This document shows, one piece after another, positions 56,183-64,000 of a DNA stretch of 64,000 nucleotides. The stretch covers positions 1 through 64,000 of the forward strand of contig JAEOSZ010000095.1 of NCBI GenBank assembly GCA_016840095.1, written 5' to 3'. Positions within the stretch are counted from its first letter, which is position 1, and every line of letters starts with the position of its first letter. The stretch comes from Candidatus Heimdallarchaeota archaeon. GTDB taxonomy: Archaea; Asgardarchaeota; Heimdallarchaeia; Heimdallarchaeales; Heimdallarchaeaceae. The translations under genes and the position numbers were made by a program. The notes below the pieces were generated by a model, which was not told where the DNA came from, made no database searches, and saw only the letters and a program-made list of their open reading frames with translations.

Positions 56183-57868
56183 ATGAATAGAAAAGCTTCA
56201 GCAGTAGTTACGATTCTACTCTTTCTTAACTATCAATTTCTATCTGTTGCAATTGATGCTTCTATACCTATTAACATTAGAAAACAAGAAGCAGAACCAT
56301 ATCATTGGATTTGGGAAGAGCTTTACGGAGCTCCAGGTTCCATACCTGGAGAAGATGTTGTTTTCTGGGGAGAAAATCTAGGTCCATATCATAACTATAC
56401 TGAACTAAGTACAAGACTGTCGATACTCAATTCAACCTTCTCAGAGTTTGTTGATTTATATTCAATTGGTCAAACCTGGCATGGGAGAGAGATTTGGTGT
56501 ATTAAGTTAACTAATGAAACAGTTTCTACTCCCAAAACAGAATTCTATATTGTTGGAGCTCATCATGCTCGAGAAATGATTTCTGTTGAAAATTGCCTTT
56601 ATTTCATTGATAAGATTATATATGAGACTGGGTTTGGATTTTATGAAAATCTTCTAACTACAACTGAAATCTATGTTATACCCATGCTTAATCCAGATGG
56701 TCTCTCAATCATGCATTTCTATCCTGAACAAAGAAAAAATCTCAGACCAATTGATGATGAGGGAGATAACACAACTGACGAAAACCTGGATGGTTTCCTC
56801 GATGATGAACTAGAACGACTTTATTTCTGGAATGAAACTTCTAATGCGTCTGAAATTGTGCAAGAAGACCTTGATGGTGACTTCTCAATAGGTGAAGATT
56901 TACCTGGAGGTGTAGATCTGAATCGTAACTATGGAGCTTTTTGGAATGGAACAGGTTCTTCTCCAGATAAGATAAATCCTCTTTATCGAGGACCAGAACC
57001 ATTCAGTGAAAATGAAACACGTGCCATTAGAGATTTTATGAAACAACATTTCTTCAATTTTGCTTTAAGTATGCATAGTGGAATTGAAGCTATTATTCCT
57101 CCATGGGGTAACAATGGTTCTCTACCAACAAAAGATGAAGTTGAATATAATGCACTAATGGCTGAACTAAAGACTTTGACACTATTCCCCTTCTGGAATG
57201 AAACAGCTGGTTATTTAGCAAATGGTGTTTGGACTGATTACTGTTATCTTTTCCATGATATTGTTTGTTTTACACTAGAAGTTTATGAAACTGTATGGAA
57301 TGGTAATTATTTTGACTACTACAATCCTTCTGGAAATGGAATATTAGCTAATTGTGAGATGGTGTTTGATGCCTTAGTTTTCATGGCTGAAGGACCTCAG
57401 TTAACATACTCAAATAGTCTACCTTCAATTACAGTATTCTCACCTAGAAGTCCTAACCAAGTATTTGATAATTATACAATTGAATGGACTATGTCTGATT
57501 TGGAAGATGAGAATCTAAATTGTTCAGTCTTGGTCTCAGCTGATGGTTTTACATGGACTGTTCTTGCAGACAACCTAATTGATGAAACAAGTTATTTCTG
57601 GAATGTAACAGATGTTCAACCTGGTTCATATTACTTGAAAATTGCAGTTTCTGATGGAGATAATTGGATCACTGATATCGGAGAGATCAGATTAAATGTT
57701 AAAAGGGAAGTAGAGAGTTCTAGATTTGGTTTCTGGTTGTTAGCCATACTATTTGGTGGTTTAGCTGCAATTTTTATTTTCTTCAATATTAGAAAACAAA
57801 AAAGTGTTGGCAAAATGTGGGATGATGAAAAAATTACAGATGAAAAAACAGATACTGTAGACAACTAA
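56183..57868 (+). CDS. Secreted, membrane-anchored M14 zinc carboxypeptidase
   Basis: HHARE, NPDG, RKN, GVDLNRN, GPEPFSENET, MHS, TLE. Signal peptide, Ig-like domain, C-terminal TM. Confidence 0.92.
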   Translation: MNRKASAVVTILLFLNYQFLSVAIDASIPINIRKQEAEPYHWIWEELYGAPGSIPGEDVVFWGENLGPYHNYTELSTRLSILNSTFSEFVDLYSIGQTWHGREIWCIKLTNETVSTPKTEFYIVGAHHAREMISVENCLYFIDKIIYETGFGFYENLLTTTEIYVIPMLNPDGLSIMHFYPEQRKNLRPIDDEGDNTTDENLDGFLDDELERLYFWNETSNASEIVQEDLDGDFSIGEDLPGGVDLNRNYGAFWNGTGSSPDKINPLYRGPEPFSENETRAIRDFMKQHFFNFALSMHSGIEAIIPPWGNNGSLPTKDEVEYNALMAELKTLTLFPFWNETAGYLANGVWTDYCYLFHDIVCFTLEVYETVWNGNYFDYYNPSGNGILANCEMVFDALVFMAEGPQLTYSNSLPSITVFSPRSPNQVFDNYTIEWTMSDLEDENLNCSVLVSADGFTWTVLADNLIDETSYFWNVTDVQPGSYYLKIAVSDGDNWITDIGEIRLNVKREVESSRFGFWLLAILFGGLAAIFIFFNIRKQKSVGKMWDDEKITDEKTDTVDN

Positions 57869-57951
57869 CATAAATTGGTGAAACTAGCAAGTTTTTTAAA
57901 TCTGGTATCTAATATTATTATTATTAGTGGAAAGGATTAAGGGGTTCTAAC

Positions 57952-59094
57952 ATGCAAGCTCAATTATACATAACTCTGAAGTATGTTGTAGCTGTTGCAT
58001 TATTCTGTGGTTTTATTGTGGCTATTTTCTTTGGTAGACGAAGACAAAATCCATTCTATATCCCTTGGTCAATTTTCTTGATTTCTTTTGGTTTATTTCA
58101 ACTGATGGATGCTTTAACAAACCAATATGGAGTATTGCAAAGAATTGATGATATGCTGCCACCTGTTGGTAATGATACCATTCTTTTTCGATTGCTAAAT
58201 GTTACGCACGCTTTAGCCATGATATTTCTATTTGCATCTTGTTTAGAGCAATCCATGATTGTTCCTCCAAGAGCTAGTAGAATTATTGCTGCAAGTTTAA
58301 CACTATTAGTTCTCTATTTTATTGTTATTCCACTAGAAGCGACACTTTTCAGTTTTGGAACTCTTACCATTTCCATATATGGTAGATTGTTTACAGAGTT
58401 TTATGGTTTCATTTTTGGATTCATTGTTTTGTGTAGTGCTTTCCTACTGATTCCTGTATTCATTCGTTATCTCAAACTATCACTTATTTCAAAGAATAAC
58501 AGAATTAGATGGAAAACTATTATTACTTTTACTGTGTTCTTAATGTTACTTGGTTTAGCATTTCTTATGACTGTGAGAAGAAAAGTAACAGAGAACGGTA
58601 TGAATGAAAATACTTTTGCTATTTTTGAGATAGTTTACTCTTTCTTCATAGTATCAATAATAGCGATTTATCAGAGTCAATCTGTTTCACATGGTATTGA
58701 AACAATAATAGTTGTTGATAGGGAAGGAAATCCTCTCCTTGGTTATTCTCCTTTTAGAAGAAGAAGGATTTCATTTGAGGAAAAGATTATTGCTGCTTCT
58801 GGGTATCTATCAGGGCTTTTTCACTTCATACATGACTATGTTGCTACGACAGACAAAGAAGAATTTAAGGAGCTAAAAACCACTTCCTCTACACTTTCTT
58901 TCTATGCTGGTGAAAAGATATTTATGATTGTTCAGTCGAAAATCTCAGGGGATCGATTAGATAAAACAACAAATACAGTTCTTTCAGAATTGGACAAATA
59001 TCTTGTTGATTTTGAAGCTAATAGATTACCGTCTGAAGAACAGGTTGATGATATGATCAACTTATTGGAAAAAAATTTCTACCTAATTGCTTGA
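57952..59094 (+). CDS. 7-TM membrane protein with cytoplasmic longin-like C-terminal domain
   Basis: Seven hydrophobic helices, then IETIIVVDREG.PL...ASGYLSGLFHF...FKEL... Confidence 0.65.
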   Translation: MQAQLYITLKYVVAVALFCGFIVAIFFGRRRQNPFYIPWSIFLISFGLFQLMDALTNQYGVLQRIDDMLPPVGNDTILFRLLNVTHALAMIFLFASCLEQSMIVPPRASRIIAASLTLLVLYFIVIPLEATLFSFGTLTISIYGRLFTEFYGFIFGFIVLCSAFLLIPVFIRYLKLSLISKNNRIRWKTIITFTVFLMLLGLAFLMTVRRKVTENGMNENTFAIFEIVYSFFIVSIIAIYQSQSVSHGIETIIVVDREGNPLLGYSPFRRRRISFEEKIIAASGYLSGLFHFIHDYVATTDKEEFKELKTTSSTLSFYAGEKIFMIVQSKISGDRLDKTTNTVLSELDKYLVDFEANRLPSEEQVDDMINLLEKNFYLIA

Positions 59095-59138
59095 CATTTG
59101 CACCAAAACTTATATCTTGAAAATAATATTTTCATTTA

Positions 59139-60455
59139 ATGCTATCTATTGCGTTTGTTCTTGGAACAAGACCAGAAATAATCAAACTAGCCCCGATTAT
59201 TTTTGAAGTTGAAAAAAGAGAAATTATACATACTATAATTCACACAGGTCAGCATTATGATGAGAATCTTTCTTCAGAAATTTTTAAATCAGTAGGTCTT
59301 CGATCTCCTGATTATAATCTTGAAGTTAAAACAAAAATACCACATAAACAGCTTAGTGAGATGATAGAGAAACTTGGAGAAGTTTACTTAGAGGTAAAAC
59401 CATCAGTAGTATTATCTGTGGGTGATACAACTAGTGTATTAGCCAGTAGTTTAGCATGTATTCAGACAGGGATTCCATATGGTCATGTTGAAGCAGGTTT
59501 AAGATCCTTTGATCTTACTATGCCAGAGGAGAGAAATAGAAGATTAGTTGACCACATGTCCTCAATTCTGTTTGCACCTTCTGAAAGAGCGGTAATTAAC
59601 CTAAATAATGAAGGAATTGAAGCAAAGAGAATTCATCAAACAGGAAATACAACAATTGATTCAATTCGTATTTTCAAAACTTTGATTCACAAAAAAGATA
59701 CAAAATCTGCTGATATCATTCTAGAACAAGTTAATGATTTCTTTGTTCTTGCTACAATTCATAGAGTTTCAAATGTAGAAAACAAAGAGAACTTAGAAGA
59801 AATTGTGAAAGCACTAGTAGAATTCAAGGATCACTCAATCGTTCTACTTATACATCCTAGAACCATGAAAAAAATAGAAGAATATGATTTGCACAAAACA
59901 ATGAAGCAAAACAAGAAACTTTATTTGTTTTCGCCAGTAGATTATCCTTCCTTACTAAAACTACTCAAACACAAGAATTGCTTATTAGTTTTGACTGATT
60001 CTGGAGGATTACAGGAAGAAGCTGCGTACTTGCAAAAACCTTGTTTAACAGTTCGTCCAAATACAGAAAGACCTGAAACAGTTGAACATGAGATCAACTT
60101 TTTAGTTGAAATAAAAGCATCTAAAATCTTGCAAAAAATATCTCTAATTTTATCTGAAGATTTTGAATATAGATTTTCTACTTTTAAAACTCCTTATGGT
60201 GAAGGTTATGCAAGTCAAGAGATATTAAATTTAATTGAATCTAACTTCAAATTACTCAGCTTCAAATCACCCAGTAATTATCGTTCTGGCTCAAAATCTT
60301 ACAACCTTTTGGAAATGGGTGTATCTATGGATAAGGAACTTATTAAGGATCAATTTAATTGTCAACTAGTATCTTCATTTGATGAAAATGGATATCCAAA
60401 GAAGCTTGAAGATAAATTGAAAAAAGGGGATAGGGTTAGGATTCTGAAAGATTGA
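59139..60455 (+). CDS. wecB: UDP-N-acetylglucosamine 2-epimerase (non-hydrolysing) with C-terminal extension
   Basis: GTRPEIIK.AP, HTGQHYD, GDT, HVEAGLRS, MPEE.NR, TDSGGLQEEA, TERPE. Confidence 0.95.
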   Translation: MLSIAFVLGTRPEIIKLAPIIFEVEKREIIHTIIHTGQHYDENLSSEIFKSVGLRSPDYNLEVKTKIPHKQLSEMIEKLGEVYLEVKPSVVLSVGDTTSVLASSLACIQTGIPYGHVEAGLRSFDLTMPEERNRRLVDHMSSILFAPSERAVINLNNEGIEAKRIHQTGNTTIDSIRIFKTLIHKKDTKSADIILEQVNDFFVLATIHRVSNVENKENLEEIVKALVEFKDHSIVLLIHPRTMKKIEEYDLHKTMKQNKKLYLFSPVDYPSLLKLLKHKNCLLVLTDSGGLQEEAAYLQKPCLTVRPNTERPETVEHEINFLVEIKASKILQKISLILSEDFEYRFSTFKTPYGEGYASQEILNLIESNFKLLSFKSPSNYRSGSKSYNLLEMGVSMDKELIKDQFNCQLVSSFDENGYPKKLEDKLKKGDRVRILKD

Positions 60456-60456
60456 T

Positions 60457-61446
60457 CTACCAATTTATAAGTCCTATTGCTTTCAAAAGAACCCTTATTG
60501 CTGCAAAAGTTGCTAAAGACCAAAATCCTACTAGAATTATCTCTGACTTTATCCTATGTAGAAACCTTGGCACTATATTTGCCGTTATAACTGTACCTGC
60601 AGCCATTAATAAGACAATATCCCACTGAATAGAAGCTCCGGTAGGTACTCCTGAACCGAATATGTCAAAAGATCTTATGAGAACTGCAAATGGTGTGGCA
60701 AACAATATTGTAAAAGTTGATGTTGCAGTTGCTACAGCTGCTGGAACACCCAAAGCCATTGTTAGGATTGGAACATAGATAACGCCACCACCAAGTCCAA
60801 GAGTTGCACCAACAAATCCTCCAAGTATTGCAATGAAAATTCCAGGGATAAGTTTAGCCCTATACTTGAATTTAACACCTCTTTTATCTTCAAAATCTCT
60901 ATAGAATGTTGTTCTTTTCCACCAAGGTCTAGCCATCTGCTCTTTATCACAATCTTCCTCTAAACACTCATCCGTTTCTGTTTCAAGACCTCTCCGTTTT
61001 TTTATCCAAGCAATGAAGATCGTAGTTAATTTGTATAATGCTATAGCAATCATCGTTGCACCAAAGATAATCTGAAAGACATCTTTATTGACCTCTTGAA
61101 CTTTTAACCATTGAGAAAATAATGCCCCAGATATTGCACCAGGAATTGCAAAAACCATAAATCTAACCGCTAAAGCATAATCGATTCTTTTCTCTCTTAT
61201 ATAAGAAATAGAACCACTCAAAGCAGTAAAAATAATAACACCAAGAGAGGTTGCAGTTGCTGTTGCACCAAGTAGTTCAGGATCTCCAACTTTATCTAAT
61301 AGCAAACCACTGAAGGCAATAAGTAGGATTGGTACATTTAGTAAACCTCCACCAATTCCAAAAGTTGGTGATACAGCTCCACTAAGAAGTCCTGCCCCAA
61401 AGAGTGCTAAATAGGTCCACCATTGAAAGTGTTCAAACATTACCAT
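60457..61446 (-). CDS. TauE/SafE (TSUP) sulfite exporter family
   Basis: FGIGGG...VP.L, ATATSL, LGLGGG...VP.L, ATATS; 8 TM helices. Confidence 0.9.
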   Translation of the reverse strand: MVMFEHFQWWTYLALFGAGLLSGAVSPTFGIGGGLLNVPILLIAFSGLLLDKVGDPELLGATATATSLGVIIFTALSGSISYIREKRIDYALAVRFMVFAIPGAISGALFSQWLKVQEVNKDVFQIIFGATMIAIALYKLTTIFIAWIKKRRGLETETDECLEEDCDKEQMARPWWKRTTFYRDFEDKRGVKFKYRAKLIPGIFIAILGGFVGATLGLGGGVIYVPILTMALGVPAAVATATSTFTILFATPFAVLIRSFDIFGSGVPTGASIQWDIVLLMAAGTVITANIVPRFLHRIKSEIILVGFWSLATFAAIRVLLKAIGLINW

Positions 61447-61560
61447 AGTAACACCATTAATATTTGAACTCTCATTGAACGTGATATTTAAAACTTTAAT
61501 GTATGAACAAAATGGGTTATAGCAGAAATGATTTTAAACTACTAAAACATAGGAGAAACA

Positions 61561-62421
61561 ATGAGTTCAAACGTCGAATTCTCCTTAGCAGAACATTTTC
61601 TTTCACTTATCGATAAGAAAACTATCTGGGAATTGGATATGATTTGTTCAATTCTTAATATTAACGTGGAGGATTTCACTAATTTCATAAACAAGTTTCC
61701 TATGGCTTATGGATTATCCGTTCAAGGTAAAAAATTATACATAACACCTGAATTGGTAGGTGATGTTGTTGATGAAATAAAGAAGTCATTTATTGAATGG
61801 TATCAAAGAATCGCTCCTGATGGATATTCTCAAGTGGTTCAAGCAACTATTTCTAGAAGAACTGAAGAGATTAGAAGTGATACTCCAGAAAGAGTTTCAC
61901 CTAAAATCAAAATTTCTGTTTATGGAAATAACTATATTGTAGAAGATGTACTAAATGATTATCTTGCAAGAGCAGGATTAAGTCCTTCTTTTAACTATAC
62001 TGGAGGGTATGAGCCAATTGATTTTCAAAAAAACATTGGGAATGAAATATACAACTGTCAATTCATGTTGATAAATTATAATAGAGATATGATTTCTTTA
62101 GCTAATCTTTTATTTGAGATGCCAGAAGCTTTCATCTTCATTTTTGATCCTCTTGACCCATTGCAAAGTGATAGGTTAGTCAAGATGATAAAAATCTTGA
62201 TTTCAAAAAGGAAAAACGATATGTTCATCACTTTTCTAGCTAATGTTAAATCCGAGATATCTCAAGATTCCCTAGAGGATGTAGCTAACACTCTTTCTTA
62301 TCTGGTAGAGTTTCTAGAAGAAAAACCTCAATTTAAGGTATCTTTTGCAATTCTTTCATCAACTGATCAAGTTGAGAGAAAAATTAACGATTTAATCCAA
62401 ACAGCTAGAATGCTATTTTGA
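61561..62421 (+). CDS. Winged-helix (PCI-like) N-domain plus degenerate Rab-like domain
   Basis: C-half follows Rab strand/helix spacing but lacks the G1, G3 and G4 motifs. Confidence 0.5.
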   Translation: MSSNVEFSLAEHFLSLIDKKTIWELDMICSILNINVEDFTNFINKFPMAYGLSVQGKKLYITPELVGDVVDEIKKSFIEWYQRIAPDGYSQVVQATISRRTEEIRSDTPERVSPKIKISVYGNNYIVEDVLNDYLARAGLSPSFNYTGGYEPIDFQKNIGNEIYNCQFMLINYNRDMISLANLLFEMPEAFIFIFDPLDPLQSDRLVKMIKILISKRKNDMFITFLANVKSEISQDSLEDVANTLSYLVEFLEEKPQFKVSFAILSSTDQVERKINDLIQTARMLF

Positions 62422-63153
62422 TCTTATTTCTGTAACTTGTTTGGATTTAGTTTTCTTCTTTGGTGATTGTTTTTTGTACATCTGTTCTTCTAGATAATCA
62501 CCTAGTTCAGGAAAAGCTCTAAAAGCTAGGTATAACTGATATGTACCTATTGCAAGAGAAACAAAGAATAACCCAAATAAAACAAAACCTATTATGAGAA
62601 AAACTGTATAAATGGTTTCATTTGAAAGAATGCCTAATGCAAGAACACTTACTGTAAAAGAACTATAAGCAAGAGCTTGAATAAGATAAGCAATTGATAA
62701 AAATGGTAAAGGATTTCTCGGCATGAGTTTCTTTATATACAAAGTAACGAGATCTCTGTAAAAGAAGTAAAAGCCTATTGATATTGCTAGAAGAGAGAGA
62801 ATCTGTAATATGGCAAAAATATAGAAGAAAGCTATAGTATACACGAATTCTCCAATTATCAAACTGATTTGAGATAGGAGAAGTCCCACACTACCCCCAA
62901 AAATAAATCCTATTGTTTTTTTACTTCTCTCCCACTTTACAACAGGATCATAGGTCAGATTAAAAACGCCCCAACAAAACCCTACTAAGCCAAGAATTAT
63001 TGGAATTAAGGGAATTTGCTGAGCCTTCCATCCTATAAGCATAGTATCTTGAAAAAACTTTGAACTAGCTGCTACAAGTACATAGAAGAAGAAAACCAAA
63101 ACTGAACTATTGATAATAAATTTGGAATGTTGTTTGCGGTTAATTATCCTCAC
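62413..63153 (-). CDS. 6-TM membrane protein
   Basis: Six hydrophobic helices; basic tail. Confidence 0.65.
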   Translation of the reverse strand: MRIINRKQHSKFIINSSVLVFFFYVLVAASSKFFQDTMLIGWKAQQIPLIPIILGLVGFCWGVFNLTYDPVVKWERSKKTIGFIFGGSVGLLLSQISLIIGEFVYTIAFFYIFAILQILSLLAISIGFYFFYRDLVTLYIKKLMPRNPLPFLSIAYLIQALAYSSFTVSVLALGILSNETIYTVFLIIGFVLFGLFFVSLAIGTYQLYLAFRAFPELGDYLEEQMYKKQSPKKKTKSKQVTEIRSK

Positions 63154-63865
63154 CCTTTATCTCATTTTCAAGGAGCTCAACATCTTCAATATAATTTGCA
63201 TCATCTGAATCTAAGGAGTAATCTTCTATAGTATACTTTTCTGAATTGAACATATTCAATGTTGATGATAAACCAAAGAAACCTAAAATTATAAGAAAAG
63301 CAGCAAATAAGAAAAGTATTAGTGAAACATTTTCAATCCAGGCATATAATACTAACGGATAAATTAGCACACTATACCAGTTAATAATCGCTGGTGCTAG
63401 TAACACTATAATACCTGCTGGGATGTACCATTGTCCTTTTCTAGGTAAGTAACTATTGTTGAATAGAGAATTAATTGTATTCCTTAGAAAAATAAAGCCT
63501 ACGGCTAAAACAATAAAGTATGTAACTATAAATGAGAGTCGAACATAAATGAATGGTTTCATGTTCCAGCTAGCTTTTAAGTTGATATACGCTAATATTA
63601 ATGCTACAATATCGATAAGACTTGATGATATTAGAAAAATACTTGGAAGTTTCCATTTGATGTTCTCACTTAATGATAGGCCCAATCTTATCAAGCCTAT
63701 TGAAAAGAGTATAAGAGCAAAATCAAAAGCAGCATCAACTACTAATACAAGTTCTATTGCATATTTACCAAAAATGTAGCTTCCAGCAACCTTTAACATC
63801 TGAAGAATTGTTAATATCCACGCACTATAAACCAGATGTTTGGTAATATCGGATCTTTCGCTCAA
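63140..63865 (-). CDS. 6-TM membrane protein (possible paralogue of downstream gene)
   Basis: Six hydrophobic helices; shared L.IGF..L...L..L.....L.R pattern; acidic tail. Confidence 0.65.
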   Translation of the reverse strand: MSERSDITKHLVYSAWILTILQMLKVAGSYIFGKYAIELVLVVDAAFDFALILFSIGLIRLGLSLSENIKWKLPSIFLISSSLIDIVALILAYINLKASWNMKPFIYVRLSFIVTYFIVLAVGFIFLRNTINSLFNNSYLPRKGQWYIPAGIIVLLAPAIINWYSVLIYPLVLYAWIENVSLILFLFAAFLIILGFFGLSSTLNMFNSEKYTIEDYSLDSDDANYIEDVELLENEIKGEDN

Positions 63866-63869
63866 TTTT

Positions 63870-64000
63870 CTAACCCTTTTTCAGATATGGATTAGGTTCT
63901 CCACAGTCTCCACAGAAAGCTGAATCTTCATCAAGCTCTAAACCACATTTTACGCAAAACATCTTCTTTGGAATTGATGGATCATCGATTAAGATGTCTT
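63870..64000 (-). CDS. C-terminal fragment of a zinc-ribbon protein (truncated by window edge; not in ORF track)
   Basis: Manual translation ...PKKMFCVKCGLELDEDSAFCGDCGEPNPYLKKG*. Confidence 0.8.
   Translation of the reverse strand, partial: DILIDDPSIPKKMFCVKCGLELDEDSAFCGDCGEPNPYLKKG

Noticed and set aside
638-63779. Short ORF-track entries overlapping longer genes (e.g. 638..832, 4156..4437, 10192..10548, 21443..21778, 39967..40311, 44645..44977, 50911..51114, 53077..53307)
   Set aside because: Antisense or alternate-frame shadows of well-supported genes, with no recognisable motifs.
1-64000. CRISPR array, rRNA, tRNA, IS/prophage, defence island
   Set aside because: No repeat-spacer periodicity, no GC-rich structural RNA tract, and no integrase, transposase, capsid or restriction motifs seen by eye. 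tRNAscan/Infernal would be needed to exclude small RNAs fully.

Overview
A very AT-rich, densely coded archaeal chromosomal segment, most probably from an Asgard archaeon (Heimdallarchaeia-like). This is inferred from an Asgard-type profilin, a Rab-like small GTPase, PCI/winged-helix proteins, longin-like domains, an archaeal ATP-dependent DNA ligase and a full A/V-type ATPase set. Housekeeping content: MFS transporters, TldD/PmbA, RidA, an agmatinase-family enzyme, lig, an acyl-CoA ligase, NSAR/OSBS plus GNAT, WecB, and a TusA-SQR-TusA-DsrE2-DsrE-regulator sulfur-relay operon. Main things worth following up: (1) a 10-20.6 kb locus with a large permuted CdvA-like protein (helical repeats plus three PRC-barrel-like units) head-to-head with profilin, followed by a cytoplasmic IFT52/GIFT-like protein, a MinD-family ATPase and two Zn-ribbon membrane paralogues; (2) a scrambled ATPase cluster (H-, C+, K-I-E-USP-D-B-A-, F+) in which subunit C lies antisense between K and H, overlaps the H start, and a universal stress protein is embedded; (3) a dispersed set of DENN/longin-like proteins, one intact Rab-like GTPase and two apparent pseudo-GTPases; (4) a CofD-fold/PCI/C2H2 fusion; (5) an RRE-bearing radical SAM/SPASM enzyme preceded by a 61-aa ORF; (6) a GIY-YIG (DUF123) gene missed by the ORF track because it has no ATG/GTG/TTG start. 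I saw no rRNA, tRNA, CRISPR array or mobile element. All family calls come from visual motif recognition, not database searches.
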